NCBI GenBank assembly: GCA_013265495.1
Contig: MU058868.1
Span: 816,587 to 880,586 of the forward strand
Source: Vicugna vicugna
Lineage: Eukaryota
Length of the DNA stretch: 64,000 nt
Direction: 5' to 3'
Position numbers and translations under genes: made by a program. The notes under the pieces were generated by a model. It made no database searches. It was given only the letters and a program-made list of their open reading frames with translations, and was not told the origin of the DNA. This document shows positions 46,581-60,046 of the stretch, piece by piece (the stretch's first letter is position 1; every line of letters begins with the position of its first letter).

Positions 46581-49559
46581 AGTCTCAGCGGAGGAAGAGG
46601 TGGTGGGAAGGGGCTGGGGGGCAGCCAGCATCCCCCATCAGCTGCCCCGCCCTCCAAGGGAGCCCAGGCTGGGGACAGAGAATGGGCTGGGGGCTTGAGC
46701 AGCATTTGGGAAGCTTTAGGGGTATGAGGGCCAGGAATGGTGGTGTCTCACACAGAGGGCTCCCACAAAGGCTGGGGGCTGTCTCGGTCTGGATATGGTA
46801 TGTTCTGTGGGGAGGACAGGATTGGAGGCCCCAGTTCTGGGTGATGTGAGTTGCAGGCCTGCATATAGTCCCCCATGTGTCCCTGCAAGCCAGGTACCAC
46901 CCTTGACTGTACCTTCCTGGGGTCCCAGCTTGGACCTGGAGATGACCCTTAGCCCAGAGGAATGACTGTTCTTTTCTTGGCAGGTCTGAGCTTCATGATT
47001 TGGAGGCCTCCACAAGCTGCCTTCCAGGGTGAGAGGCCGGAGTTGTATCCCTGATCCTGGGTCCCCCCACCCCCATAAATCCAGAATTCAGGGCACATGT
47101 GGCTGGGCTGGCCAGTAGATTTATGCACAGAAAGCTGCACCAAACTCTGAGAGGGTGGCCCTGAGCACCTCGGTCCTCCTGCCTGGCCCCACGATGCTGC
47201 TGGAGTGGGGCCCAGGAAGGGTAAGGCCTGCATCCCACAGAGGGGCTTGACTCAGCCTGTCTGAGGGAAAGCAGGCTGTGGGCGAGGCTCCTCAAGGAAG
47301 GTTGACGGCACAGTCAGTTCCCAGTCCTGGCAGACAGAACTAGAGCTGGGTGGCTGATAGACAGAGCTAGAGGGGTCCAGGAGGGCTGCCTGGAGGAGAG
47401 AGTAAAAGACAGGCCTACAGGAGAGAAGGGATGGGCCTGCTCAATTGGCTGCTGCTCCAGTCCAGGCCCGCTCCAGGCCCCAGGGCCTTGCTGACTCCTG
47501 GCCATTCTGCGGACAACAATGGCCAGCATTTAAATTCCAATTGAATCGCCTGAGTGGCCTCGGGCGTGAGAACAGGAGCCCCCACCCCCCAGCCTGAGCC
47601 CCGCCCGCCACATTCCTGCCTCCCCGGAGATGGCAATGGCCGGGAGTCGCCAGGGGGCCGGAACGCAGCGCTCAATGGCCAGGGACAAGGGGCCATTGAA
47701 CGATGACGGGCGGGATTGAGCCGTCAGCGCCCTCCACTTGGGATCCCCCTCCTCTGTCCCGGCCCCCTCCCAGCGTTACCAACGTCAGCTGCTGGAGGGG
47801 ACCCTGCTCACACCCTCCTGGGCCCAGAGAAGACACGGGCCTGGGTCTCCTCGACTGACCCACTGACCATGAGGCCTTCTTCTCAGCCCCTCCCCACCAC
47901 AGCCAGAGAGGCTGTGTCTTAATCAGATCATGTCACGGCCCTGCCTCGAGCCTTGGGGCTGCCCCATGCCTCAGGGACTGAAGGCCGCTCCTCCATCCCC
48001 AGGCCAGCTGACTCCTGCCTCCTCTGGCCCGCCCTTGTCTCCACCCCATCACCCTGCCCTGTGGCACCCGGCAGGCCTTCCCTGGCCACCCGCCCCGCCA
48101 CCTGCTCTCCTCCTGCCCAGCCTCCTGCCCTGTCCATCACCCCCAATGCTATCACCCTGCAGAGGTGGGACCCCACCCGTGATCTGCGTCCAGCAGCCAT
48201 CCTGAACCTGGCACTCGGTGTCCATACATGTCTGAGGAATCGAGGTGTCAGCGCAAATGAGCTGTTGGCCATATCCCCAGGACCCTGGACGGGGCACAAT
48301 GCCCTCACAACAGCCCTGCCAGAGAGGAGAGTGAAGGGGGCATGCGGGCAGCCCACGTCCTGGCCTCACTGGGGCCCCGGGAGCTGAGGCCCATCCCATG
48401 CGGCAATCCAAGGCTCCCAGGGGCTTCATCCTGTCCCCTCCTTGGAGTTGGCCTCCGCTCCTGGAGCCGCCAAAGGCTAGGTGCTGGCTAAGCAGTGCCC
48501 ACCAGCATTCATCTCCACCCAGACAAGGTCACCAGACGGGCCCAGTCCTCGCTGTCCTCGGGCTGGGCACAGCCCCTCCTCCCTCCAGGCCGTGCCAAGG
48601 ACCTTGTCTCCGGCCAGGGTGGGAGGATGTCAGGCAGGACGCCGGTGAGCCTGAGCCCAGGAAACGAGGGTGACCAGGAGGCCCAAAGCTCTGGCTGCCG
48701 GGGGCCCCGCCTGAAGAGAGCCCAGGGACTGGAGAGTCTGGCATGGTGCCCGGGGCAGCACAGCGTCCCTATGCAGACACCTCCTTCCGCCCTGCTTGGG
48801 AAGATGAGCTCAGCAGCCTGTCTCCCGGGCATGGGGGGCTGCTGGGGGGGGCCAGAGAGAGTGGGGCATCCTTGGTCAGGAAGGGCAGCCTGCCAGATAG
48901 GGCTGTATCCCCCGGGGGGCACAGGGGCCCACCTCCCCCAGACAGCTGTCCAGGAACCCCAGGCAAGTAAGATGCGCCGGCTCTGGGGCTGGGCTTCCTC
49001 CAGGGAGCCCTCAGGGAGGGTGGCAGGGAGGGCTTCAGGCAGGCACCCCCTCAAGCCCTGGCCGCACTGACCATAGAGACTGCCACCTCGGGGCTCCCCA
49101 GAGCGGCCTGCCGAGCCATTCTTACCCTCAGTGGCTGATCCAGGGCCGCACAGCTGAAGACAGGACAGGAGCCCTGCCGCTGAGGCCTCGCCCCTGCAAA
49201 GTGCATCCAGAGTGAAGCCCACGCCCCAGGAAGCCCCTTTGGCCTCCAGCCTCTGTCTGGCCTACCCTGAGCCCATCGGTCAGATCGGCCCTTCCTGTGC
49301 TCCATACCCTCCCATGGCTGCCACCTTGCTGGGAAAAAGACAGCTCCCTGGCTGCCCAGGCCTGCCCTGCCCCTCCCTTACACCACTGGGCCTCTTGGTC
49401 CTGGGGTCCCTGGCCCTGCGTCAGTCCCTCTGCCTGGCGCTCCCCTCCCTCAGCTCAGGGCGTCAGCGATCAGCCCCATGTGGCCACCTTCCTCACGTGA
49501 TGCAGCCGGAGCCCCACCCTGCCCGCACGACTGAGGGGCTGGCCCTGCAATTGACCACA

Positions 49560-49670
49560 ATGTGATTGTCCAGCCCTGGAGGGCAGGCCCCCAGTGCCGC
49601 AAGCAGTGCCAGGCACACAGCAGGTCCTGGGGGACAGTGCAGAATGAATGAGTGACTCCTCATTCCCAAA
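49560..49670 (+). mobile_element. L2 3' tail fragment
   Basis: agtgccaggcacacagcaggtcct...gaatgaatgagtga. Confidence 0.6.
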
Positions 49671-52600
49671 TCCTGAGCTGAGGCTCCGAGCAAGAAGTTC
49701 CAGGGAGTGGAAGGGAGCGGGTGGCCTGGCCCGTCCCTGGCGCCCTCCCTGGTCCAGAGAGCACCGAGGCCTGCAGCAGGTGCCTCTGCCCTCCTCCTGC
49801 CCCGGCAGCCCAGATGTCCGTCGGGCTTCACAGGTGTGGGGACCCCTCACCTGTTTCATTGTTGAGGGGAAGCCCAGGGCCAGCCAGGGCAGCAGACTGG
49901 GCTGTGGAGCCCAACAAGCCCCTGCGGACCCCCGTCTTTACGCTTCAGCGGGCAGGCGGCAGCAGGGGTGGAGGACAGGCTGCCAGCCCTCCTCAGGAGG
50001 TCCTGGGACCCCGAGGCCCGTCCTCAGCTCGGCTGCGTCAGGGTCCTCACTGCCAGCCTCTCCCCTCCTGCCACACCCGCAAGGCCAGACCACCCCTCAG
50101 GTCCTGTGTCCAGGCTGTGCCAGATGTCAGAGGCCCTTGCCCGGGGTGGAGGGTGAGTAGGAAGGGCTTTGTTGAATGGGTGGCACTGAAAGAGCCCTGA
50201 GTTGGGGGGGCGGGGAGGTGGGGGGACAGGCTTCAGGGGAAGGAATGTCCTGGCCGGGGCAGAGGTGGACTCAGAGTGTCTGAGGAGCAGCCAGTGGAGG
50301 GCGGTTGGAGAGGTTGTCTGTGAGCCCCAAGCTGAGCGGCGGTTCAGCCCGGAGCCCAGGAGCCACTCAGCAGAGCCCTGGCAGGCTGGGAAAGAGAGAC
50401 TGAGGGGGCAGCACCCGAGGTAAGGGGTGAGGAGGAGTACAGATGTCCAAGGCAGGTGGCTCTGGAAAGAGACAGTAGCCAGCAGGGCTGGACCCATCCA
50501 GGAGGTCCATCCCGACCTCATGCCCAGCCCTGAGGCAGCTCCCTGAGCCCCAGATGACCCGGCTCAGTGTCCCTCAGCTCCCCCTCACCTGCACTGGGGT
50601 CCAGGCCTGGGCTGGTTGTGACCATACATTGGCTCTGCCCTTCTGATGTCGGGTCACTGCTGTCCCCTGCAGGGCTGCCTGCAGGTGGGAACGTGGTCTC
50701 AGGCCTGGGAGGGGAAACATGGCTACAGAATGCCGAGGGCCCTCCATCTTGCCAGCCAGACTCCCCGGGACTGCTCTTTCATGGGCATGGAAACCCACAG
50801 CCGCATCTTCTTTCTCCCTTTGCTCTGGCTGCCAGGGAGCTCAGGATCAAAGCCAAGGGCTCCAGGGCAGTAACTCTCCCTCCACATGTTCAGGAGTATT
50901 TTTCTTTTCTTGGCCTAAGTAAATTCAGTGTGAAAAAGGTACATTTTCTCAGCAGCTTAAAGCTTTAAACCTGCATAGCAGACATGCCTGGTGCCTGTGT
51001 CCCCGGGATGTACTTTCCTTCTCTCTCAGCCCCAAGGCCCAGACATGCCTGGCACCCAACTTCCCCCAGCCCCAGCAGAGCCCCCACCTGGACTTGCAGT
51101 CCCGTCTTCGTCAGGACTGGCCATCGAGCTAGGCTGGGGGCCTGAACAGTGGCCTCCCTCATCCCGGACCTGGGGACTCACCTAAGCCCTCAGCTGCCTC
51201 CCAGGTGAAGGGGGCATCCTGAGCAGGGGTGAGGGGTCAAGCCAAGGCCACCAGGGTCCATGACAAGTGCTGGGCTTGGTGAGGTGTTGCATCCCAAGAG
51301 GGTGGCAAGAATGAGGTCCCAAAGCCTGGCGTCCCCTGGGACTAGCTGAGATCCTCCCTGCCTGGGTGCTCCCCGAGGGCTGGCCCTGGCTTTGAGGGAG
51401 CTGGCTGGGTGCTCAGTGGGCCCTGGGCCTGGCAGGCATCCCAGAGAATACGGCCGTGCTCAGGCCACGGTGAATGAGCCGTTGTGCTCTGCTACTCCTG
51501 CCCACCTGGCGGGACAGATGTGTCCTTGCCGGCAGACCCTAGCTCCTGCCGGCAGCAGCTGGCAGCCACACACGGCCAGGGACTCATGTGCATCCTGGGG
51601 GCTCTGGGAGCCCCACCCAAGCAGAGAGTGAGCCTTGCGCCCTGCTCCCCCCGCCCCCGACCAGCTGTCTTCAAGGCCACGCTCACTGCTGCGGCAGGCG
51701 GCTGACTACAGCCTCGCAGCTGCTCACAGCCAGAGCAGTCTTTGCCCCTTCCTGGGGGTGCAGGTCCTGACTGCAGGGGCCTGAGTCCTCTATCTTGACT
51801 TGAAACCCCTTTTGACAGCCCCTGAGCACCTCCAGGCTGAGCCGGGCTGAGCAGGGGCTCAGGACACACAGCCAGCCTCCGGCCCCCAGCACCTTGGGGC
51901 CCTCCTTGGGTAACGGGGTCCCAGTAGGTTGGGATTGAGGACAGCATGCCTGGGAGCAGCACTAAAGACCTGGGAGCAGAAGTAGGGTGGGGCAGGTGGA
52001 GGAGGAACTGGCTGAGATCCCTGTCACAGAACAGACCCTCTTCAGGGCTGAGACACGGATCCAGACTCGGCCTCCAGGTTCCAGTCCACGGGTGGGGTCT
52101 GCCGTGTGAGAAGAATAGAGGCCAGGACCCCAGCCACAGCGGGAGAGATGGTGCTGCAGTCGACTGATAATGTCTGCCAGGGCACAGGCTGGCACATGGT
52201 GGCACGTGTGGCATATAACTGCCACCCCGAGGGTCACAAAGGCACACCTCTGAGACCACAGTCTCCATCCCAAGGCGCCTTCCCTGATTCTTGTCGGCCG
52301 GGCCTCTGTGTCAGCTAGCGGGTGGCGAAGGCACACTCCATTCTGGATGAGCCCGCCTCCAGCAGAAGACAGTGTGTGGGGCTGGACCTCATGGGGGCGA
52401 TCTCCCAAGGCTGAACTACAGGAGGTGCAGAAAGGGTCTGACACCAGCCCGTCCCCTGCAGGTCGAGTCACCTGGCTCCACGATGGCACCTTTGCTGTCC
52501 CCACTTCATAAACATGCCTGAGACCACTCACCAAGTGCCAGCATTACTGGGACTAGCTCTGAGATGGGGAGGGCAGGGCTGTGTGTGGGCTGAGAGTGAT

Positions 52601-55600
52601 CAGGGGTGGTGATGCTGAGGGCCGGGGTAGGGCCAGGGCACCGCAACACTCAGAGGTCTGCGGGGGGTCAGGTGGTCCTGTGTCTACTCCTCACACCTGA
52701 GGGTCATCTTCCGGGGGGGGCAGCACTGAGCAGGGAGGCCCCGGGGAGCGGGCTGGCCCTGTCGAGTCTCCACCTGCCCAGCAAGCTGGATTTCTGGCAC
52801 TACCAGTTCTGTGAGCTCACAGCAGCAAGCAGCCTGGAATCCTTTAAGCAATTTACGAGGAGCACGCAGTGTCTGGGCCAGGTGCGTGTGTGTGAGCACC
52901 TATGCCCACGTGTGTGCGCGTGTGAGCACATCTGAGGGGAAGGAGTGGGGTGCCACACCGAGCCCTTCCCGTCCTTCGATGCCAGGATCAGGGGCCTCCT
53001 GAGAGTGTGGGGTCCTGCAGAGTCACAGGGAGCCTGGACAGGTCAGCCTGTGAGCTGGGCTGGGTGGCGGACCTGCCACCCCCCTGTGAGCCCTGCTGAC
53101 AGTGAGCGTGGATGCCCAAGGCTGGACAGGGTTGGTGCAGGGATAGGGGCATGGGAATGAGGGGATCCTCCAGGCTGTACCAGCTCCTGGTTTTGAAGGC
53201 ATGATGCATTCTCCACTCTCAGCGGGGAGATGTAGCAAGGGGGAGTGAAACGGGAGGGCCAGACCAGGTATAGGGCTGGGCCCAACCCCGTGGGTTATGA
53301 GGGCAGCCGCTCTCCTGGGAGTCACGGTGAAGTCTGTTCACCAGCCACACTTGGCTGTAGGGGCAAAAAGTGGCCTGCAGAGGAGTCAGGGAGCAGAGGC
53401 GTCACCCAGCAAGGGGCAGCTACAGCTTCTCCCTCTGTGGGCTGAGACCCAGGACCCTTCACCCACCCGAGGCTGGGCCCTGTGTGCTGCGCCTGCAGCA
53501 CCCCCTCCCCAGGAGGATGAGCTTTGAGCCCCAAGGCCATGGAGTGCAGGCCTCGCTGAACCCCTGGGAATGCCGCCAAGGGTAATTGTCAGAAGAGGGG
53601 TCTTGGCTGGTGCAAGTCAGGGTGGGGGCCTGGGAGGGCAGCTAAGGGAGGCACTCCAGGCACCAGGAGGTCATAGCCACAAGCATGGGAGGACAGCCCT
53701 TCTGGATTTGTTGTGTGCCCCAGGGTAGGCCACTGCCCTCTCTGAAGCTGAGCACATTCCTTGTCTGTCTACCTAAGACCATTCATCTCCTCAGCCCCGA
53801 AGAGCCAAGGAGCCAGGGGAGGGAGGCCTTTTCTGAGTTGGCCAGAGTCGGCCAGCTTTGGTGGGCTAGCCTGGAGCCTGCATTGGCCAAAGGTTGCCCT
53901 CAGCCAGGTCAGGGGCCAGTGGGTCCGGGGCCGCCCAGAGCACTGAGCAGTCAGCTGAGGCCTCCGACCAGTTCACAGCTTCAGGACACACACATGCGTG
54001 TGGACACATGTGCACCAGGCTGGGCCTGGGCCCAGGGTGTGCTGGGATCTGAAGCCCCTGCCCTTGCTGGGTGCGTGCTCAGGTGGGCGTGGGGAGCCTG
54101 CCCAGCCTTGCCCTGACCCAGTTTCCCAGGCCTGGCCTGGCCCTCTGCTCGGGCAGGCAGGCGGCACTGGCAGTGGGAGCTTGCAGAGCTGGTCTGCGGT
54201 GTGGGAGCCCTGGGCCCGTGGCAGGTTGTGGGGGGTACCTGTTGGCAATACATGCTGGGGGCTTGGGCACAGGCTGCTCCTGGGGGAACCGTGAGGCCAG
54301 CACACACACACATGCACACGAGCAGGCTGGTGTGAAAGTCCGTGAGCGTGTGCTCAAGGCCCTAGGGCTCCAGGCACAGGGAGGACCTGTGGGCTGGGTG
54401 CTCCTCCTGCACTCAGGCTGCCGCTGGGCACCCCAGTACCCTGCCCTTGGGCCTCTACCTTCCACTGTGGTCACCAGCTGTGCTGCCCACCTGGCCTTCT
54501 ACCTGGGGATGAACCAACAGCACGTGGCCCGAAGACCAAGCCCTGGGGCCCTGCACTACTGACCTGGCCACTGCCTCCTGGAGATCAGGGTCCTGGGGGT
54601 CATGGGTCTGGGGCTAAGCCACAGAGCCACGGGGGCTTAGAAGGCAGAAGATGTCCCAGAGGAGGGGCGGGGTAGGGAGGATCCAGATGGGCGGGAAGGT
54701 GGCAGGAGGGCAGGGGGGGGAACAGAAGGGTGGTGCAGGAGGGGAGCCCTGGCCTGAAAAGCCCCTTTGATCCACACTGAGGTAATGCGGACTCATCCTG
54801 AGACAACCTGGGCCTGGGAACACACCCCACCCCCACCCACTCCAGCCCTGGGCAGACCCTGGCCCAGAAGTTCCTCAGGGCAGGCTTGGCTGGAAGCTGG
54901 GGCAGGGTTGGCTGAAGCCAAGACCCAGCAGGGACCACACGGAGTGGGCTTGGCAGCTGGAAGGAGAGCCTGGTGTGTCCCCCCACCCCGAGATTCCTGG
55001 TCCTCCCCAGGCCCACCAGGCCACCCCCAGCCCCAGCCTTGCTGCACCCAGCCCTCTCCAGCCCCGCCTCCCTGCCCAGCTCCCACTCATCTTCACCCTG
55101 AGCCTGGGGGTCCCTGTGAGGCTCCTCCCTGGCTGTGGCCTGTTGGGTGGCCCTGTCTGACAGGGCTAGAGACCAGTGTGGGCACAAGTGTGGACACCAG
55201 GAGAGCCACTCTCTGCATGGGTGGTGGTCAGCTTCCCATCTGAGGGAGGCTGCCCCAACTATGCCCTCAGCCCCTGCAGGGCAGGCCAGCCAGACAATAG
55301 AGCTGTCAGAGGCCTTGGGCCCTGGGGAAGGCAGGCAGGCATGGCAGGGGAAGGTGGCTTCAGGAAGCCCCTCAGAGACATCTCTATTAGAGGGCTGCAG
55401 ATCTGGCCTGAGCGCAAGGTCTCCAAGAGCTGGCAGAAGGGGCCAGCAGGGGCAGGGGAGGCCCTCAGGCTCACGGCTGGCGGGGACTCACTGTCCACCA
55501 GGGCCTCCCACCGGCCCCTGGGCTCAGCCCCCAGGAGGGCAGGCCCATTAGGCAGAGGAGCAAACTGAGGCTGGGAGCTGGGTGGTGACTAGGTGTCGGG

Positions 55601-55709
55601 TCGCCTGCTCCCAGGGTCCTGAAAGACCTTCAAAAGCACCCACAGCCCCCATCTCCCTCTGGGTGGGAGTGTCCTGAGGGACCACCCAGCCCCAGGCCCT
55701 GAGGGCTAG

Positions 55710-55770
55710 AGCCCTTGAGGTGCTTCACACCGCTGCGCCTTTGTCTCCCCATCTGTGAAGTGGTGCCACG
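55710..55770 (+). mobile_element. MIR fragment
   Basis: gcctttgtctccccatctgtgaagtgg core. Confidence 0.5.
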
Positions 55771-56929
55771 CGGAGCGCTCGGGGCAGCTCCGTGGCTGAA
55801 ACAGACCCGCCTGTCCCGGCGCCAGCGTGTGCACAGGCTGGCTGGGGCTCTGGGGCAGCGTGCCGCGGGCTTCCAGGGATCGGGGTTTGAGGATGCTCAG
55901 GGCCTCGGGGGGCGCCCAGTGAAGCCCCCGCCCCGAAATTCCTGGAAGGGTGGGGCTGGAGCAGGCTTCCAGCAGGAGCAAGGTCTCAAGCGATCACTCT
56001 GCCCACCCTCCCTGAGTCAGGGGCTGGCAAGACCCCACAGGAAACACAGTCCCTCTCCTTAAAGGCCCAACAGCTGACCACTCCCCATCTCTCCTTCCTG
56101 TGGGGTGGAGGGGGCAGGAGAGGGGGTGCCATGGGGCTTTTGGATCAGCAGAGCCCAGCCAAGGCCTTCTCTCCTGGAATCCCCAGAGCCCAGTCCCCCT
56201 TCCTGGGAAGCTAGGACCTCCATGGGCTCACCTCCCACCCAGTGCCCACTCTGAGCACTTTCCCAACAGGCCTCCTTCCTCCAGCCGCCCTCTGAGCAAG
56301 TGCTGGTGGAGTCCCTGTACACACAGGAGGCCAAGGCCCTGGGAACGGCCAGCTGCCCGAGATCATGGAACTGGGTCGCAGTGGTCCTGGGCTTTATCCC
56401 GGCTTCTACCTCAGAGAGCTGGCCTTAGCCTTCCACCCCGAGCCCACCCCCAGGCCAAGTGCTGCTAGCCCACTGTCAGTGGTGTCAGCTGGGCCCCAGG
56501 GTTGAGCCGGCCCTCAGGGCTGCCTGGAATGTCCCCCCAGGCTGCATTCCCCTGGGCAGCAGCAGGCCTGGACCGCGGGGGGGGGGGTGGAATGTGCCTC
56601 TTGATGGACCTGGCTGGGGGTGCACACAAAGAAGGGGGCTCCTGACGGGGGTTGCTTGGTGAATCCGCGATCTCTGCCCAGTGTCTGTAAATTTACTCGG
56701 CAAATAGCTGCCTCCTCCATGCAGCTCTGTGCAACCTGAGCCAGCATCTGGCGGCTGGGCCCTGGTGGGGGCAGGGCTGGCCCTCCCTCCGGCTCCTGGG
56801 TGCCTGCCTGAGGCCAGAGGGTCTAGTCTGCACTCTGGGCTCCCTAAATACTGCAGAGAACACCTCACCCATTCCAAACTCAGCGGAAACCTCCCTGGGG
56901 CCAGGCAGCTGCACCTGGTCATCACGTAC

Positions 56930-57000
56930 CTGGGCAGGCCATGCCCCTTGAGGCTCCGTGCCTCGGTGTCCCCATCTATCAAGCAGGGCTGATGATGGGG
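56930..57000 (+). mobile_element. MIR fragment
   Basis: gtgcctcggtgtccccatctatcaagcagggctgatgat. Confidence 0.55.
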
Positions 57001-57505
57001 CTGGTGTGAGCATCTGGCCCCTGAAGGTTCTCTGTCAGAGCCACTGTCACCCACAAATTCGGTCCTTCTGTTCCCAGTCCCACAGGATGTGGGTTGCCCC
57101 AGTCTGAGTCTGCGGGGCCGCCCTGGCCCCTGCCCAGGTCGGGCAGTGTCTACAGCCTCCAGCCAGCAGATGAGGGCCCCTCTGCCCACTGGGCCCAGCT
57201 GGCCACGCTGGACGTGCAGGCTCTGGCCAGAAGCATGGCTGAGGTGTGTCCATGGGTGACCTGTACAGGGACCAGTGGGGGCAAAGGGCAGGGGATCAAG
57301 GCCCCCGGGAGGGCCTTTGGCTGAGAGGCTCAGGGCAGAGCTCGCAGGGATTCCTGGAGCAGGTGACACCCACCCAGAAGGGCCAGCAGGACCCAGAAGA
57401 AAGGGCATTCCAAGGCGGGTGAGGGCTGCCTGGCGGGAGGGAGGAGGGCGTGGCGTGGGGCTGGCCCAGCGGCCCAGACCCAGGTTCCTAATTCATCCGG
57501 AGCCT

Positions 57506-57813
57506 NNNNNNNNNNNNNNNNNNNNNNNNNNNNNNNNNNNNNNNNNNNNNNNNNNNNNNNNNNNNNNNNNNNNNNNNNNNNNNNNNNNNNNNNNNNNNNN
57601 NNNNNNNNNNNNNNNNNNNNNNNNNNNNNNNNNNNNNAAAAGAGTCCTGGAAAAAATNNNNNNNNNNNNNNNNNNNNNNNNNNNNNNNNNNNNNNNNNNN
57701 NNNNNNNNNNNNNNNNNNNNNNNNNNNNNNNNNNNNNNNNNNNNNNNNNNNNNNNNNNNNNNNNNNNNNNNNNNNNNNNNNNNNNNNNNNNNNNNNNNNN
57801 NNNNNNNNNNNNN
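57506..57813. other. Assembly gap (two N runs around a 20-bp island at 57638-57657)
   Basis: N at 57506-57637 and 57658-57813. Confidence 0.99.
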
Positions 57814-58419
57814 TGCTCAGTGGCCACTGGCCTGGCCCCCGTCAGCCCCGGGAGCTACAGGGGCCTTCACCCCTCCCTGGCCAGAGCTGGCTGCCTCTCC
57901 AGGGCCCTCATTCCCAGGCCCACCCCCTTGGGCCCTTGGGGGCCTTCCCCACACCCTGGCTGGCCCTCCCCAGCCAGACTTCCCCCACACCAGCACCTCC
58001 TGCTCTTCTGCACTTTGGGGCAGCCCTCTGTGCCAGGCTCCAGGCAGGGAGCTGGGGCCCCTCCCCCCAACCTGGGATGGAGCCCAGGAGAAGCCTGAGC
58101 TTTCATCCCCCCGCCCTCTACCCCTCTCTCCTGTCTACAGACAGCACTGGTCTCCTTTTTTTGCTCATCTGGGAGCAACCACATTTTCCAAACCTAAAGT
58201 CAGGATCTGAGGTTTAGCGGTCTAAGTGAACCAAGGGACGAAAAGGCCAGAATCTTTGGACTAGGGCTGTCACAGCACATCTGAGAAGACAGCCTCCCAA
58301 CAGCATATGATTCATGGTGTTGCCCTTTTTGCTCAGCCTGCCAGGAAGCTCAAAGCTAAAATTAAGGCTCTTGTACAGCAGTTATTGTTGGCCACCGAAT
58401 GTTGGACTATTTTCTCTTC

Positions 58420-58560
58420 TCTATGTTCTTTAAAATTCCATTTCTGTTATAATGAGCAAATCAATTATGTTTTTTTATTTTTTATCCTCAGGTTTTCTGA
58501 GAATGAATTTAAAAGGCAGAAATTACCCACAATCCACAACAGCCATGGCCTCTCTCAAAT
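58420..58560 (-). mobile_element. Old L1ME 3'-end fragment
   Basis: tttctgttataatg...gaaattacccacaatcc resembles an antisense L1ME tail. Confidence 0.4.
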
Positions 58561-60046
58561 CTGCTGGGTCTTCTTTTGGGGGGAGGGGGTCCCTAGCTTA
58601 GCCCAGCCCAGAGGGGCTATTGAGGATCCCCTCCTCCTTCACCCTTTGGTGACCTTCTCTGGTCTCTGGGACCAAACCCTGTGCCCTGACAGCGGGAGGG
58701 GGCAGCAATGGTTTCCAGAGAAGCTGGAATGTGTGCTGGCAGATGGGGAGGTCCCAGGAGGAGACCAAACAGCCCCCACTGGGAGTCCCAAGAGCCTCCT
58801 GGAGGAGATGGCCTGGGCACCAGAGACCTGGGGCCTTGGTCTCCCACATCCTTGCACTTTGCCTTGTGTCAGGGCAGAGGGGTGCTCCCACCAGCAGCCC
58901 CTCTCCAGGTGAGGCACTCCCAGAGGAGGAGGGGGCTGATTCGGGGGCTCTGGCTGGGGCACCACCTGCCCTGGGCTCCAGGCCTGGCTCTGGCCTTGGT
59001 GGCACCTACTGGGGACCATGGCGGCTGAGGCCTGCCGGGAGTGGCGAGAATGGCAGGCCGGGTGTGGATTCCAGTCCACACCGGGAACATCCCTACTGCT
59101 GAGCGCACCTCAGTGTGGTGCCCCAGCATCAGCCCAGGCCTGGCAGGGAGGCAGGAGGGGTGGACACAGGGCCTGCTGCTGACAGCCTGCTGCCATCCCT
59201 GCACCCGGGGCACTCTACAGCCTGCTTGCCGCACAAGCCCCGGCAAGCCGGCTGCCCAACCCTGAGTCACAGAGAAAGCTGGGCGGGGCCAGCTGCCGTC
59301 AGCGCCCCCCCACTCTGCCTCACCCTCAGCCGCCCACACCCACCTGCACTCAGGCCTGCGATGTGGTCCTGTGGAGATGGGTGGGCATTCGGGGGGAGTG
59401 GACAGGGTGGTGTCAACATCGGAGGGGTGTCTAGCAACATGGAGGCCCCTGCAGGCAGGCTGGCTGCCCCGGGACCCCAGCACCAGCACCCTGACCCTCT
59501 CAGCAGCCTCTCCACACAGTCCCCCTGGCCCCCTACACCTTGGCCACCTGTCCGATGGGCCTGAGGAGTGCCTGAATCTCACCAGGGCACCAGGGGGACT
59601 GAGGCAGGCAATTCTGCAGAGGGTCTTGGGTGAAATGCTTTGTCCAGAGGGCGAGGACGCGATAGGGCCCATTTACAGGCCGCATAGCCCAGCCCTGGGA
59701 AGCACGTGGACGGCGCTGGTCACAGCAGGCTTGCTGCTGTCTGGGGATGGCCCCGGGAATCCACTTGCTCCAGCCGAACACACTGATTGGAAACAATAAT
59801 TGAGGACGATAAAATTATTTTGTCAAGAATAATAAAACCCTCCCCTGGTGTTGAGAGCAGGCCCAACTCCTCCAGCGCTGCAAATGGGCAGTGCTCGGAC
59901 CCTCTGGAAACAATTTAGCAGTCAGCCACCAGGAGCCATGAAAATGCTCCAGATCTTTGACCTAAATGCCACCAGACAGTACCACTGGCCGCACTAAGGG
60001 GCCATGACAAACTCTGGGTGGCACCAAAGAAACCAGCCACCAAGGG

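Noticed and set aside
46960-47035. 45-nt candidate exon (acceptor 46983, donor 47029)
   Set aside because: Isolated splice-like pairs are expected by chance in 46 kb, and no partner exons were identified
57275-58210. 311-aa ORF
   Set aside because: It stays open only because it runs through N gaps
4264-59270. Scattered AP-1 sites (TGAGTCA/TGACTCA) and many G-quadruplex-like runs
   Set aside because: Numbers are about what chance and the high GC content predict, and there is no clustering
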